A DNA stretch of 64,000 nt from Tubulanus polymorphus (GCF_964204645.1 NC_134034.1:6050914-6114913); one strand, 5' to 3'; positions 22,527 to 37,600 are shown, numbered from the stretch's first letter. The notes: generated by a model from the sequence alone, not told the origin. Numbers and translations are program-made.

Positions 22527-25041
22527 TATATCCGGAAAATGGGGATCTCTGTCCATCAAAACAAATTTTAGGGTTTGGCAGCTCTGCACTGCTTAATTCA
22601 ATATCTATGCTGTATCAGTTGTAGGCCTAATGAACAAATGATTTTGGCATGTCAAATTATATCGATCGAGGTACTGTGAAGTCAGCCAGACACATGTGCC
22701 ATCTGATGATAGGATGTAGTACTACTAGAGCACTAGGAGATGTAGGAAGATTGATAACACATAAGCTGCATTGCTAGCGCATATACACACACTAATGAAT
22801 GACATGCTATTTTATTAAAAATGGTCGCCAAGGTGGATGGTGGCCATCTTCAAGCCCAGCGGAAGCAAATTGACAGTGGCCAGCTCATATCTGTCTGCGC
22901 AAGGTGTCAAACGCGCAAACAATTTGCATCAAGGGTTTTGAGGCTCTTTCCCTTTGGGAGATATTTTTTAAATGGTTGCATTTCAAAGGCTCCATAGGGT
23001 TTTTTGAGTCAATAATTTTCTTGTAGGCCTATCATGATTCAGGTTGCTGAGGTTTTTGAATAACCTTCATGAAAAGTCATCATTTGCATAATAAATGACC
23101 CGGCCAAAGCCCTAGACTAGAGCTCTACACGCTACAATGACATGCTATTTTCTCAAAACTTGGATGTTTTGATGGGCTTGAGCTATGGATTACACCTATT
23201 GAAAATCGCCATATTTGAACACCTTGGTGTGGCATACATGGTGTACAGTGCTGATAGGCTAGGCCTACACAGTTTCAGGGAGTGGAAAGACACTGACCAA
23301 ATACAACACATTTATTGCTCTTATTTAGTTTTCTTCTGATACAGATTTCTGGCGAAATAAATGCATCTGTATCAAATATGGGCTGGCCAAACATTTTTAA
23401 CTGTAGAAATATGCGCTAGTAGACTTTAATCGAATTAACCTCATTCAGCTTTGATCTAGGCTGATGGTTGGTTTCAGTGCATGCTGCCATAGGCCTATAG
23501 CAGCGATAAATAACTTTCCTCAGTTACTGTTCATTAATTGCTGTATATGCTGCTGTGTACAATGGCTGCGATATTTTCCAAATAAAAATTTGATGAATTT
23601 AAAAGAAATGCTCACTCACTGATGAAGTATATGGGAAGAAGTGTACAATGCTAGCTATAAGCAAATGGTCGAATGATCAACTCCAAAATCTTGCTTTCAT
23701 ATTCAGGAATATTTACTGCATTTCAACAAATGTGGATTTAACAGCCTTTGCATTTTTTTTTTAGATAGGCCTACACTAGACTGATCAATAACTTAAGCTC
23801 CATAGCAAAATTTTTCTATTCTTTTTTAAACTTGTTCGAATACAAAGCGTCTCCATTCATTTTTTGAAATGTCATAAATGCTTCATGGATTTTTTATTGT
23901 TTCTAGTCCAGTTTATTGTTGATTAGCCTATAGGCCTATGTTTACGTATCTACTGATTTGTCTAAATTGCGAAAGATAAATATGATATCATATATATCAT
24001 TAGGGCCTAAATGAAGTTGGCTTTTGTTTTGTCTTTTAAAACCGAGTGTCATCTCCTTGATTTAGTTATTTATTTTGATACAGAATATTGATTATTGATT
24101 GAGATGCAGTGTGAGTGTGTGTGACAACATAGACTGCTGCTGCTGCTTCAGTGGGAGCTGTAGGCAGAAGTGCAGGAGACAGTAACTGGTGGAGAGAGCT
24201 GAGTCATGCGCCTCGCCAGCCTGTATTACATCTTCTCCTGGTTTTCTTTTTTCATTTTGGTCTGAATTCTGTGAGGACAGGTGGATAACGGTGTGGTGCG
24301 GTGAATGCAGCATCTGCTGCTGTTGTTGTTAAGCAGTGAGGATAAATTTCTTCTGGATTACACCTTTAAATGCATACAGAGCTGTAAATGATATTCATAT
24401 TAGCGGAAGAGGATATATATTGATTAGTGCTTCATTTGGATAAATATTGTGGTTACCCATGTAAATTCATATTGGATCAGTCGTTGTGTATAAGTAGAAT
24501 CTCATTTACGTACGTGGTGAGAAGATATTGTCCTGGAATAATATGTGATCTTTGGATTTTACAAATCAAATTGATGAATCATGAATCTGGCTACAAGAGA
24601 ATATGATTCATTTGCTTCGTTTATTCCGATATCTACTGTATAGAGTGGTGTAAAAGTGAATGAAAACCATTTCATTCTTTTGATAGTGCACAGTGAAATT
24701 GAGTATGACTTTTTTGTACCTGGCTTATTTGTATATTCATTTAATTCTTAATCTTCATGGAGTCCCATTCAAGTCACCTGTTTGGAAGGGATTTATTTGA
24801 TCTGTGATTTGCTTTTTCACACACGTGAATCTGTCCATTTCCCTTCCAAAATATGGTAGGCCTATGTTAATTTCTTATGTAAGCGCAAGAATTATCAATG
24901 GTACTTTGGTTGTAGCTGGGACACATATTTCAGTAAGCTAGTTGGTTAACATTAACGCATCAGCAGATATTTCCTGTTTAATGCTCTTTAAGTACTGATC
25001 AGAATGGGTTAAGAAAAGGCAAGTTCCTTTATCTGTTGAGC

Positions 25042-25103
25042 CATATTAGCCAAGTGAATCAAAGCCATTATAAGTAATGGCTTTGATTCACTTGGCTAAT
25101 ATG
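25042..25103. repeat. Perfect 29-bp inverted repeat with 4-nt loop
   Basis: catattagccaagtgaatcaaagccatta-taag-taatggctttgattcacttggctaatatg. Confidence 0.95.
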
Positions 25104-25878
25104 TCTTTTGGTCCACATAAGATAAAGATAGCCTAGGGCCAGATAAGACCCTCCTGAATACAGTTTATATTGTATGAGAGGATCATATTTTGCACTGTGT
25201 AGGGAAAATACATGGATGAAAGATACTAGGCTGAAAATTGGAATATCCTGGCCTTTTCTTGGTAATGAAAAAAGATAGGAATGTTAAGCTGTTTAATGAA
25301 TAATTGTTGTATCATTACAAACAGATTTTTTTGAATGCTTCTAGACCTAAAAGATTAGCATCATGGATATAAGTGTCCGATTGAAACAAGTTTAAATCAG
25401 TAAGACTTACTATAAAAGGAGAAACTGACAGTCCTCATTGACGAACACCCTCAATCTCAATGGAGCAATTACCAAGATGACGTTTTGTGCCCCAATCATC
25501 AAACAGTCCATATAATCATGAAATGCTATGCATACCATTTATGGCAGTCTAAATGTGTGTGATTTATGAATTAACGTGCTGCCTTTATACGCAACTATTA
25601 GTACTCATTCTGAAAATTGATTACTCCTTTTAGTATATACGCAGATATTAATTTTGTTTTGCTTTATTCATGTGACTGGGATTCTGAAAAGTGAAGTTTC
25701 TTTTTATGCTATACTATGAGGTTAATTCATTAGGTTTACAAGCATTTGATAAATTTGACGTCATTTGTACACCCCTGACAGTGGTGAACAATCCAATGAC
25801 ATGTTTTTAAGTCAACAGTTTGTGATACAGAGCAGTGATATTGATGAGTAGGTGGCACTATCAGTTTAACCACACATT

Positions 25879-26116
25879 ATGGCATCATCCACTAATCTTT
25901 CGGATCCTGATATTGTGAAGGACTGTGTAGCACTTGCATCAACTCCGGAAGAACCATGGAAAGGTCTACGTGAGTCAGAGATATGTGGCATCGCGAGTTC
26001 GCGTTATGACAATCGTTATGGGATGAAATGTCGGTCGACATCAGGTCTCGATGAGAAAATCTATGGAACTGAAATCGACTGCGATATTGATCGTATTTGT
26101 GATATTTATAATGTTG
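25879..26116 (+). CDS. PTPN4: Probable alternative N-terminal coding exon of the PTPN4-like gene
   Basis: ATG-initiated 79-codon ORF ending at a phase-1 donor G|GTATGT; joins in frame (G+AG=E) to the acceptor at 28536. Confidence 0.55.
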
Positions 26117-26131
26117 GTATGTTCTTAAGTA

Positions 26132-27795
26132 GGGCCTAATATGAAACGCCATCAATGCAAGAAATATAATTCGCAATAAAACATTCTTATTTGGTAACTT
26201 AACATACAAGCTTAGATGATAGTCAACCCATCATCTAACAGTCAACACAGATTATTACACAGTCCACTCGTAATCTAACTGTCTATCCATAATATTACAG
26301 TTAACTCAAAATCTTGCGCAGTCAACTCAGAATATGTCAGTCCACTCGTAATGTTACAGTCCATTTGTAATCTTACAGTTAGCTCATAAACTTATATTCA
26401 ACCCGTCATTCACGCAAATATTTAACGCCAGATGGCGCTGTTGGTATTAGACTTGTTGCCTGTTACATTCAGTCTATTTGGTATTCGCTAATGGTGAATT
26501 GCTTTATCTGGGACCCAGCAGTTGGTCCTTTGTTGGGCATGCGTAACTCCATCTTATTTCCAGTCTACACGTTACACGTTAATGAATGATGGAACAAAAA
26601 ATAATATGGCGGCATTACCAACCGCAGAAATTTAGGGTCTAGAAGGTTTGAGTCTATGGTCCATATGGTAAGAATGGCACTTGCTTATGAAACGTCGGAC
26701 ATGCCTGTGGAGCGTACATTAGAAGGGGTTAGGGGTATGGTGTATAGGGTCCTGAGGGGTTTATGGTAGGTTTGGGATCAGGGATTGTGTTAGGGTTTAG
26801 GTTAATAGCTTTCACTAATGAAACAGTACGGATGAGACAGTTGGGCTTAGCCCAGTGGTGGTAAAGTGCTGTGATGAGCTAGGTGCCCGGTTCTGAACTG
26901 CTAAGCCTATATTATATAGGCCTGCTACAATAATCATTTTAATGATGAGTCCTGCTCTTCATTAATCCTGTTATATTAGAGTATTGTCTTTTATGTATTT
27001 TGTATTATGTAAGATTTCAATAAAATCATTTCTCTCTCTTCACATGACATGGCAATTAGGCTGACCCTTCTCTTTTCGTATTATTTTCTTAAAATCTTTG
27101 ACCAAATTACGTGAAGAGGCCCAGGATTGGGCTTGATTGTTTAGCTATTAGCATTTTTGATAGATTGTGCTGAAGTCTGGTGGCAGTGAAGCCTATGTAT
27201 TTATTTTTTGGTACCGATGAGAGTTTACCTATTGAGAACATGTGATAGCCTGTCACCATGTTAAAACAAGATGGCGGACCTGGTGTGAAAAAAATCTGTT
27301 ATTGCTTTCTAGTTGAACTTGTGAGGTAGTGAGATGAGATGCGTAATTATTGTGGAACATACTCAATGCTTTCTATGAGAAAGCAGTCCTTCGAGTAGCT
27401 GGCGAATACCAAATACCAACCAGTCTTATGCCAACAGCGCCATCTGGTGTTATATATTGGCATAAATGACGGGTTGAAAGGATTATGAGCTGACTGTAAT
27501 ATGACGAGTTGACTTTAATATGACGAATTGACTGTGATATCACGAGTTGACTAAAAGATTATGAGCTAACTGTAATATCACGAGTTGGCGATAAATATTA
27601 TGAGCTGACTATAAGATTCTGAGCTAACTGCGGGTTATAAGATTACGAATATATTGTTAGATTAGGAGTTGACTGCGTAATATTCTGAGTTGACTGTGTA
27701 AGATTAAGTCTAAGTTTGTGAATCGTCTGTTAAGTTACCAATTGAGAATGTAATATTGCGAATTAGATTTTTTGCAGTGATGGCGTTCCATACCC
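26132..27795. mobile_element. MITE with ~300-bp TIRs containing ~21-bp subterminal repeats
   Basis: tatgaaacgccatca..ttcgcaat..ggtaacttaac mirrored by gttaagttacc..attgcgaa..tgatggcgttccataccc. Confidence 0.75.
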
Positions 27796-28549
27796 TAATG
27801 CTCATATACTATTTGTGACCTAGTACAAAGAAATTGAACGAATCAGATTCAAGATGGCTGGCTGGCACCCATTTCTGTTTTCCAAAATGATACCTTGTGC
27901 ATATTTTCGAAGACACAATGATCGACTGGTTCTGAATCAGTTTTTTACGCCATAAAAAACATCCCTAATGTCTTTATACAATGATAACTACTAATTTTAC
28001 TATGCGTTAATTATGGGGTTCTGTGCGAGTGCAATGTGCAATGTCATCAATATTGGCGTTTAAGAATAACAATTTATGTTGTGAATTTTGGTGCTTATTT
28101 CATAATTTAATATATATTTCAGAACTCTTATTCCATATTTGTTAAATTTTGACCTTATTTTTTGATACGATGTGCACGCACCACATCATCAATATATCGG
28201 GACTAGACTGGTTGTCGGTCGATTCAATTACGTATTAGCAATTATGGTTAGGGCTTATAATGTAATTCTGAAAGAACTTGTGTAGTAGTCGGTTGGAATC
28301 ATGATAAGCTTTAACCTGTACCCTCCAATCTATTATCTGTCTCAAGACCAACAATGCCCACTTTTTGGTTTATTTCATTTAACATGTATGTATGAATTCG
28401 TGCATTTTTCAAACACAGAATTTTTTATACATCATTTGTGTCCTGGAAAAGAAAAAATGGAATGAAATGATGTCTTATTGTTTAATTTCACTTGAATTGG
28501 AAATTTGTTGATTTCTTTTTTGTTTTGTTTTGTAGAGTCGCAGTCTACT

Positions 28550-28690
28550 ATGTCCATGAAGCTGCGGGCTTCAAGTGGGTCATACAATGTACGGGCGTCT
28601 GAGATGGCGCGCGAGCTGCGGCAGCCAAATAAAACGATACAGTGTATCATACATTTCCTAGATGATACGCAAGAGGCATTTGAAATTGAT
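28550..28690 (+). CDS. PTPN4: PTPN4 coding exon 1 (exon starts 28536)
   Basis: [24 protein letters not shown]; tgtag acceptor, gtaagc donor. Confidence 0.92.
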
Positions 28691-31600
28691 GTAAGCATCT
28701 TCGAACAAATTTTCTGTTATTGTAAAGCTTTAGAATTTTTGATATTTTGGGACGTTATATCAGTGTGGGGTAATATGAAAAATTAATTTTTGATGAACAC
28801 AAGTGCAGGGAACCTTGTCTAATGTAATTGCTTATGTCAGACTAAATCCTGATGTCTAGATTGCACGGTTTTTAGCAGTCCTTCCAAGTCCTTTTTTGGA
28901 CAGTCCTCTTTTGGAAGTTTGGACAAACATCATCTGTGTCCTTCCTTTTGATAAAAAAGTCCTTCCAAACTTTGTCTTAGTTTCTTTCGACATATATATA
29001 TATATATATATATTCATATTCAATTCATTGCATTGTGTACATGTATATTTCATTTTCAGAAAAAGTCCAAATCTCAAGTCTTATTGGATAAAGTCTTTGA
29101 ACATCTGGAATTGATCGAAAAAGATTATTTTGGACTTCAATTTGTTGATTTGTCGCCAACACAGGACACAATGGTGAGATTATCCATCAGTGAATTCATT
29201 CTACACCGATTTCAAGTTGTGTAAATGTTCGCAACATTCGCACTGTTTCCCGGAGATGGTTTTGTGGTCTGTTGTCTGCTTCTTGTATTGATTCATGTAC
29301 CACTACCAGTTCATGCATTAATGGGTTACCATGGTAATATGAGTGGGTGTGAACATTATAACAATGTGATATGTTACCTAGACAACTGCAACAGTCTGCA
29401 TTTTGCTCAGTTTCTATATAGAGTGGAATAACTTCGACTGAACAGATTAAAATGATATGTTTCCATTTTTAACTTGGGAAGAGCAAAATGCATATGATGG
29501 ATGAGTATGTCGATCAATTTTGTAATTGTCACTCTATGTGTTCATGGCTTATACCGTAGTTGCTGGTGTATGAGTAAAGTTTTCCGGACCAAAATCATAT
29601 CCAAAAAATGTAGGTTGACTTATACACCAGATAGGCTTTTAATATTGATGAAACTGACTATGTTTAGAGTTCAAGGTCACCGTTGTGAAATGTCAATTGG
29701 TGAGTTTCAGGGTCATTGCTTTTTGTATTGCCACTAAGGGGTGTTGAATGATACAATAACTTAGTATTTCATATTATATTCGTACCTATGCATATTTTGT
29801 TATAATCAATTGCAAAGTTCTAACTCATGACATCGTCTATGATTGTGGTGAGTTTTAAAGTTATTTACTTTATATGGTCACCAGGGGGTGTTGAATAGTA
29901 GAATAACTTTTAATAGTATTTCCTGATTATATTGGAACCTAGGCATATTTTGTTACCATGATCGATTGCAAAGTTGTAGCTCATGATATCTTCTATGAAT
30001 GTGGTTTTCAAGGTCAATGGGTTTTGTATATGGTCACCAGGGGGCGTTGAATAGTAGAATAACTTAGTATTTCCATATTCAATTGGTAAGGAGGCATATG
30101 TTATCATCATAATCTAACACAAAATGGTAGCTGCTGACACGTCTATGATTGTGGTGAGTTTCAATGTCATTGGTTTTGTATATGGTCACCAAGGGGTGTT
30201 GAATATTGAAATTGTTAGATTGTTGAGCATTTGAAACCATTTATTTCCCAAGCGGGCATGGTATCCGTGGAACCCTAGTTAATTCTAGAAATTCATTTAA
30301 TTCTAACAATTTACCTAAGAATTTATCGCAATGAAATAATTCATCGCATAGTTAAGATATATTGCCATCTCATTGAAAATCAATAGAATGGTGAAACATC
30401 TTCACTATGTAATGTTCTTGAAAAATCGCCAAGTGGGGATTTTTACCTAGTTTGAAGATTTGGGAATTTTTACATTTATACATTAGTACGCTGGCAAATA
30501 CGGTAATTCAGTTATTGTTGTGTGTAAATTTTTTTTTAATTTTTAGGCCAGCCATAGGCTGAGCCTATTGCTATACAAATGGAGCGAATTTAAATGACAT
30601 GGTTTCCAGAGCAAAGGCTCTTTGAATGTGCAACTGGGCATATATTCATACAGATCATTCATTAAAGTATTATCCATTCTCCAAACTCTACGTAGCTGTA
30701 TTTTGAAAGAGGGCCTCGTTAAAATTTATATGAGCTTTTTCGCGAATATCTGATCGCTAAAATATTGGTTTTGAAAAGCCAATCAGAAAGCAAAGACTCC
30801 TCTATGATTGGCTTAGCCGCAGAAATCAGCAGGTGTTCACGTGAACCTGCGGTATCGTCTACCGTTTTACTTCCGGATTTTATTTTAAGATCTAAAATTG
30901 TGTTTCAAGATCGATTTCTGTGAAAGCTTTTAGTTGATTTGGTTTTTGGGAGGAATATTTTTATTAGCACTACAGAAAATATCATTGACCATATTGCAAA
31001 GTCCGGGAAAAATTGCTTTTTCTCAAATCGGATAGATTACCTTGATATGCTAATTAGCCATGTGCTCAAACTACAAATTCAATCAAATTTTATTCTGCAA
31101 AAAATCAAATCCAATTCAATTTTACTTTATTGAACAAATAAAAACATCACATCCAATTCAATTTTGTTTTATTGAGCAAATTTCGGAAAATTCAATTCTA
31201 TTCCGCATTAAAATCAATAAGACAAAGGGAAAAGATTTATCTGAGGTATTTGTTCCTGCCAGATCCAGTCGCTGTTTGTGCTACTTTTGTATTCTACGAT
31301 TGTATTGTGTAAATTATTAGATATTGACTCTGAGCTGGGAGTGTATTTTGACAAATTTAACCCATAGAATGCATCATCATTTGCCATTTTATGAAAAGCT
31401 GACAGGCTGACCATAGTGCCCCTTAGGGCTCTCGTTTTTATTTGAGCCAAAAGTCTGTAGTATTCCTGCGTTCTGGTCACTAAACCTACTACATTTCAGG
31501 AGTGCTTCTGAAAGGTACACCAGTATCCATGCATGAAAAAACTGAAAATATTTATCAGGTCTTCAGATATATTTTTGTATACTGATATTTAGCGATAACT

Positions 31601-34600
31601 TGTATCATTTTGAGATACTGCTGCTTATATCCTAAATCTCCTTGCTAATGATTTTCTCGAAGGGATTTGTTGAGATGCTGCCATCGATCAATTCTTGAAT
31701 CCTTAAATATCATCACATGTCGTTACCATGGTTACTGGGTATCATCATCCTCCTAATTTGATCTAATGACTATGCACTTCTCGAGAATCCAGCTCTCCTC
31801 TCTTGCCTCTGAAGTAAGAGTTATTTGCAGATATTTCCTTGAGAATCAATATTACCAAAAGTACAGAAATTTGCATTGCATTTGATATTCAAACAATGAG
31901 AAAAGCCCTGGCTGTTTTAAAGGTCCCTAGCAATGAATATTTTTTTCAAAACCAAAATTTTTATATAGGCCTAGGCCTAGGTGTATTATATGTAGGTCCT
32001 ATGTATATTGTAATTATAACAATATCCCAAGCAATTCTTTTTAATCTGTCCAACACTGCCACTGTGCCTTGATGTGATAAATTTGATGACGTCTATCATG
32101 AAACAGATGCAAAAATTCCTGAGTTCATTAATCTGACCCCAGACTGAGTAGTTTTTGGACATTTTTGGAGTCTTAGAGCTAAAATTTTAATATGCTTCAA
32201 TCAATTGATTGTCTTGATGTTTGGTATAGGCCTACCTAAATCATGTATCCCTCTGTGGTAAATCATAGGATTAATAGGCAAGTTTTATTTCTGTGCTCAC
32301 CATTGACGCATTAAGCTATTAACATTCAGAATATGAAGTCATTGCAAATAATTCATTGAACTGTTATCAAAGTGTTACTAATTCATCATAGGTATCATGA
32401 AAATAAAGAAATGATCGACCTTTTATGGCAATCACTGTACCATTTACGGAGCATGCCTTAGGTGTTATTTTTTTTTTTTTTTTTTTCGGCGAACAGCTTT
32501 GATCTTAAAATAGGGATTGTCCCTGTTGTTTATTTGGTTTGTAAATTTCGTTAGATTTTTTGATTGAGTGTCCCTTACAGACCCACCACACCTACCGGGA
32601 GCGAAACAGGAGGTGTTATTAACTGATATTGGAATGCTGGATTGTGGTATTCCTGACTGGGAGAAAGGGGTTTATGTAATATGAAAAGGGCTCTTCATTG
32701 TTTTGGGTATCCTGGTAAGCGCTGAGAGGCAATGCGGTTTAGGGGGTCTTGGGGTCAACCCCCAGAAAATTCTAAGATTGCGGGTATGGTGTCGCCAGAC
32801 CACCTAGCTTTCCGTAACATTGTACTTTTCATTTTATTTTTTGTTACTGTTTAGAATTCTTTCACGCCTGCTTTTCCTACATGCATTCACTTCTTACATG
32901 AAATAATGGTATGTTCAATTCCTACTGCTGTCAGTCCTTCCAATCCATCAATTTTCTCGAAGGCCTACCATGTTATTAACTTTTCAGGTATCATAATTTG
33001 AGTCACATTCATTCATAGTTCTTTTCACATATCTATATTTTCACAGCACCACTTTTGTCTATTTTCAGAGATGGTTAGACCCTTTAAAGACTGTCAAGAA
33101 GCAAATGCGAGGTAAACATTTGGATGGTTTACTTTTTCATTATAGAATTCCCTTTATTATTCAAAATACATTGAGATGTGCGTAGGCCTAATAATGTACT
33201 TATTGTAAGGATTCTTTTTTTCAGTTGGGCCACCATATATTTTCTATTTTCGAGTCAAGTTTTATGTTTCGGATCCAAGTCGTTTGCAGGAAGAATACAC
33301 AAGGTAAGTAGTTACATATTATGGAATCCTTTAATTGCAGAAATTGTCCATATTCAATCGAGCAGAATTTTAGTTGATTTTAGCATGACTGACAAGGCAT
33401 TAGCGTGGGGCAGGGGTCACTCAAATTAGATGGTGGAGGACTCCAGACCTCCTACAAGAGCTTTGCTAGTGCTGCCTTTGCCGGGACACCTGCCACGACT
33501 CTTAAGTACCCTTTTCAAAGCAACCAACCAACTGCAAATGCTCACAGCATGCAACTTTTTGTTATGACCAATGTGCACAATGATGTAATGCAGAGGGTTC
33601 AAACTTAAATGGTCCAGAAATCAATCTAAACATTATGGCAGGAAATCAATTCTAAACTATAGTCAGAGCCAGTGTCTTTCATTTGGTACCAAAAACTTAA
33701 TTTAAAGTGCACATGCCATGCCAACCCAATGACTAAGTATCTTCGGTTAACCTGCTATAGTATAGATTCCATAATTATGTATTTTATATATCTTTTTATG
33801 CGTACTGAAAATGTTCATTACACATGACAAGATGTATGAATGCAGGAAGTCTGCAAGAATCCAAAGTCCAATGAAAAATAACAAAGGCTAACATAGCGTA
33901 AGGCATAACTCCTCGGGTAAAATTGGAATTTTCCAGCATCTCATTCTCCCTAGGTTGTGAATGGCACTTACCTATTAAGTGTTTATGTATGCAGTTCAAA
34001 GTGTTCTATAGGCTCACTTTAAATGCGTTTCATTTGTTTCCATACATTCTCCTAAGTGTGTTGAATATTCCCACCGCCCCCCCCCCCCCCCGCCCCCCCG
34101 ATCTGCGACTGTTCTATTCTGGATTTTGCCTGGATCTGAAACTGGATTTTGTGGTCATTAATATCGTTGCATGCATATTTCATCATTTTTGAATACTTAA
34201 ATTTCATTGATACTGGTAGTCTTCAGAATAAGAGATAGACATCAATGAGCTACAAGATTGTTATATATTACTTAACACGATGCATCTATCTAATTTTTTT
34301 ATTTTCTACAGGTATCATTTCTTTCTACAGTTGAAGAAGGATATACTTGAAGGTCGGCTAGTGGTAGCATGGAACACAGCTGCTGTGCTATCCAGCTATG
34401 CAGTACAATGTAAGATATGCTTTCGTTTTTTTTTTTGTCAACCTCTTCATTACCACTTGTGACATATATTCACGTCCCAATTAATGACCTTCACTCACCA
34501 TGCGTGACGTATATTTACGTCGCAAATATATGTGTTTACTACAACCGCTGGTGTGGCGATTCATTACGCCACTGGCGTGTAGCCGTACTATATGCTTGTC

Positions 34601-37600
34601 TGCTTCAATTTAGTTCCAATTTTTACTCATAGATGGAGGATTTGTACCTTTAACAGCCTCTAACACCGAATTTATATTAATTGAATGATGCCATTGGGTT
34701 TGAATCCTGGTGAGGTATGTTACATTATCTGTGGTAGTGAAGAGGTTAACCATTTCCCTGCGATTAGTTTCCCACACAATATTGCTGAACAAATAGTGAA
34801 ATGATTGGAAGGTGCATTCCAATTCACTTCAATTTTATTCTCTGAAAAAAAGTATTCAGAATTTTATTCAGAAATCACGCAAATTATTGCTGGACTGAAT
34901 AGAAGGAAAAATCTGAAATTTGTTCCTGGCAACAGTCTCTGTTACAAAAACAAAAGTATTTATCATGCTGCAACATACGTTCCTAACACAATTTAGATTT
35001 TCAGAAGCAAATCTTCGAATGATGCCTTCAACAGACTTTGAAACAACGAGTAAAAGTTTTATTTTGCGAATATGATTTTCACATTTTCAAAAATTCTTGG
35101 GCATAACATTGAATTTGGAATATTTTAGCACATATATTATATTTTGTAACGTGTATATTTTTCACATTTGGAGTTCATGAAAAAGCAAGATAGCTAAACC
35201 AGGAAGTTGTAGTTGTAAAAACACTCTAATCTGTGTTCACTGTAGATAATTGAAGAAATCCCACAATTCGAATTTTATATGTTACAATTTGGTTTCAAAA
35301 TAATGAATTTCATCATATTACATTCAAATTGTGGGATTTCTTTAAATGTTTATGCTAGTTAACTTAAACTGCTTTGTCCCCGATTTCTTCATTTACCCAC
35401 AACTGTTTGGAACGACATTAGTGGGGGCATATAGATTTCGACGTGTCTGTCTGTGTTTTATTATAAACATCTATAACTACTGAAGTATTTCACCTTGGAT
35501 CATAGAATTTTATGCAGATGTAGAGACAAACGCGCTAACAAATTTTGTTGAATATGAAAATAGGTCGCTGGAGTAGTGGCAACCAGGGGGCTGCATTGGA
35601 AAACGATGCTAGTTCGATAAAGCCTTCATTTCCCACGAAATCTTTATCAAACTTGGTATACAGGTGGGAAATGGTCTGGCTATTTAGGTTGCACTAATTT
35701 AAAGTGTGGCCACTAGGAGCCACATTTGAAAACAACATTTGCACGATAGAGCCTTCATTCTCACAAAATTTTTTTCAAACTTGGTGCACTGGTAGTTACC
35801 CCAATGTTTTCAATTGGTGCAGACAGCGTAACAGGATTGTTAGCTGAGGAATCAGTCTAGTATAGATATAGCATATAATGGGGCAGCATATTAAGAAAAA
35901 CGATTTTGATGTCACTTAGAAATCAAGATTTTCAAAATTACAATTCGTCTTATCACCACTAAGTATTCTGAGAACTACACATGCACATATGTCCTTACTA
36001 GACACATTGCCGTGAAAAAGCCTCCATTTTGTTTTTTGAAGTACACTGTGATACCTCCATCCCCTTCTGGGAAAAAGGAATAAACCCTTTCTGAGCAAAG
36101 GGTTATTTAAGGCTGGCTTTAGTCAACAAGTGACTCAACTCCTACCGACGCAACTGCATTTATCGGCAATGAGCAGCCTACGATAGGCTGCCAGTTGCTG
36201 TCATATCCATTCAACATAAGCCAGCTTGCGACGGTAACCTGATGCCTACCGACCTGTCGTAAGCTGTATCTGGCTAGTTGCCCATGTTCTACTCCAGCCT
36301 ATGGTAGGTCGACAGTTACTTTCGAGTGAAACTGACCTAAGCTCGGCTGTCAAGCGATGGAACTGAGCACAGGAATTCCAGCCAATCGGAGACCGTATGT
36401 ACCGAGTACAAGTTGTGACCACTAGTTAGCAATATTAGTATCTTGTTACAAACTTTCAGATTCAAGTAGTTTCAAACACAAACCAAACAGGTGTCTCTCA
36501 GTTGCGTTAGTAAGAATTGGTAGGCATTGCAGCGCTTATCGACATAAGTCAGGCTTTATTCAATCTGTGATTTTCAGTTCATTAAAACAATTCTTGCAAA
36601 TCTGTTTTAGTTGTTTGGTTCTAAGATATCAATGCGCTGCCAAATGAAGGAAGTTTTTCTTCAAAATAATTATTTGCGTAACAAATATTTATTCATATAG
36701 AGGGCAGCAATGGCGATTATTTTTAACATTTCAATCATAAATCTTCCAAAGAAATTGTATGAAATAAATAATTGTACAACTTAATTGCAAAGTAAAACAA
36801 TTTAAATTGTTGACCCTCAGTCTGCCTGGATATTCCAAAAACATAGAATATGCTTGTGGCTAAGGATAGATTTTGATCTATCGCTATTTAGCTGATCGAT
36901 TTTTTTATGTCATGGGTATAATTTCCAATTGATTAGAAACAAGGTAACTGAATTTTCATATTCAGGAACTACCATTCCTATTAATGTACATGTACACTCA
37001 TAGCACTAATTGAGGCCTACATCACGTGTAGTATCAAAGTACTTACTAGAAGGTTTAGGAACAATAACACGGCTAAGTAATACTATATTGATAATACATG
37101 TATTTAAAATGGTTAATTTACTCCTGACTGAAAACTTCTTTTACATTTACTTAACAAATTATTTGTACGGTGACACTGCGGTAATTAAGTTTTGACATCA
37201 AACAGATAAGATATGAAATGTTTTCTTGCAGCTGAACTTGGTGATTATAATTCAGAAGAGCACACAAATGGGTATCTGTCTGAATTCGCATTTATCCCCA
37301 ATCAAAATGATGAATTCGAAAAAGAAGTTGCAAAACTACACAAAACGCACAGGTATTTGTTTATTGTCAATAATCCACCTGAAATGGGACCATGCTATCT
37401 ATTAACTTAACCTGTGGTGATGTGGTTAACTCATGATGACCCACTTAGCCTGCAATGACCTGAAGATGTTAACTTAGATGATATGCTTATCAACTACGAT
37501 CCACAGTTAACACATTATTTCTGATCCAGCGGACTCTTGCTGATACCCTTGTGTTATCAATAATATGTAGAATTATGGCAGTTCCTAGTTACCCTTTAAG

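Noticed and set aside
17916-25800. Many short ORFs (60-105 aa) in the PTPN4 5' introns
   Set aside because: No domains, mostly non-ATG starts or inside repeats; the same applies to short ORFs in later introns.
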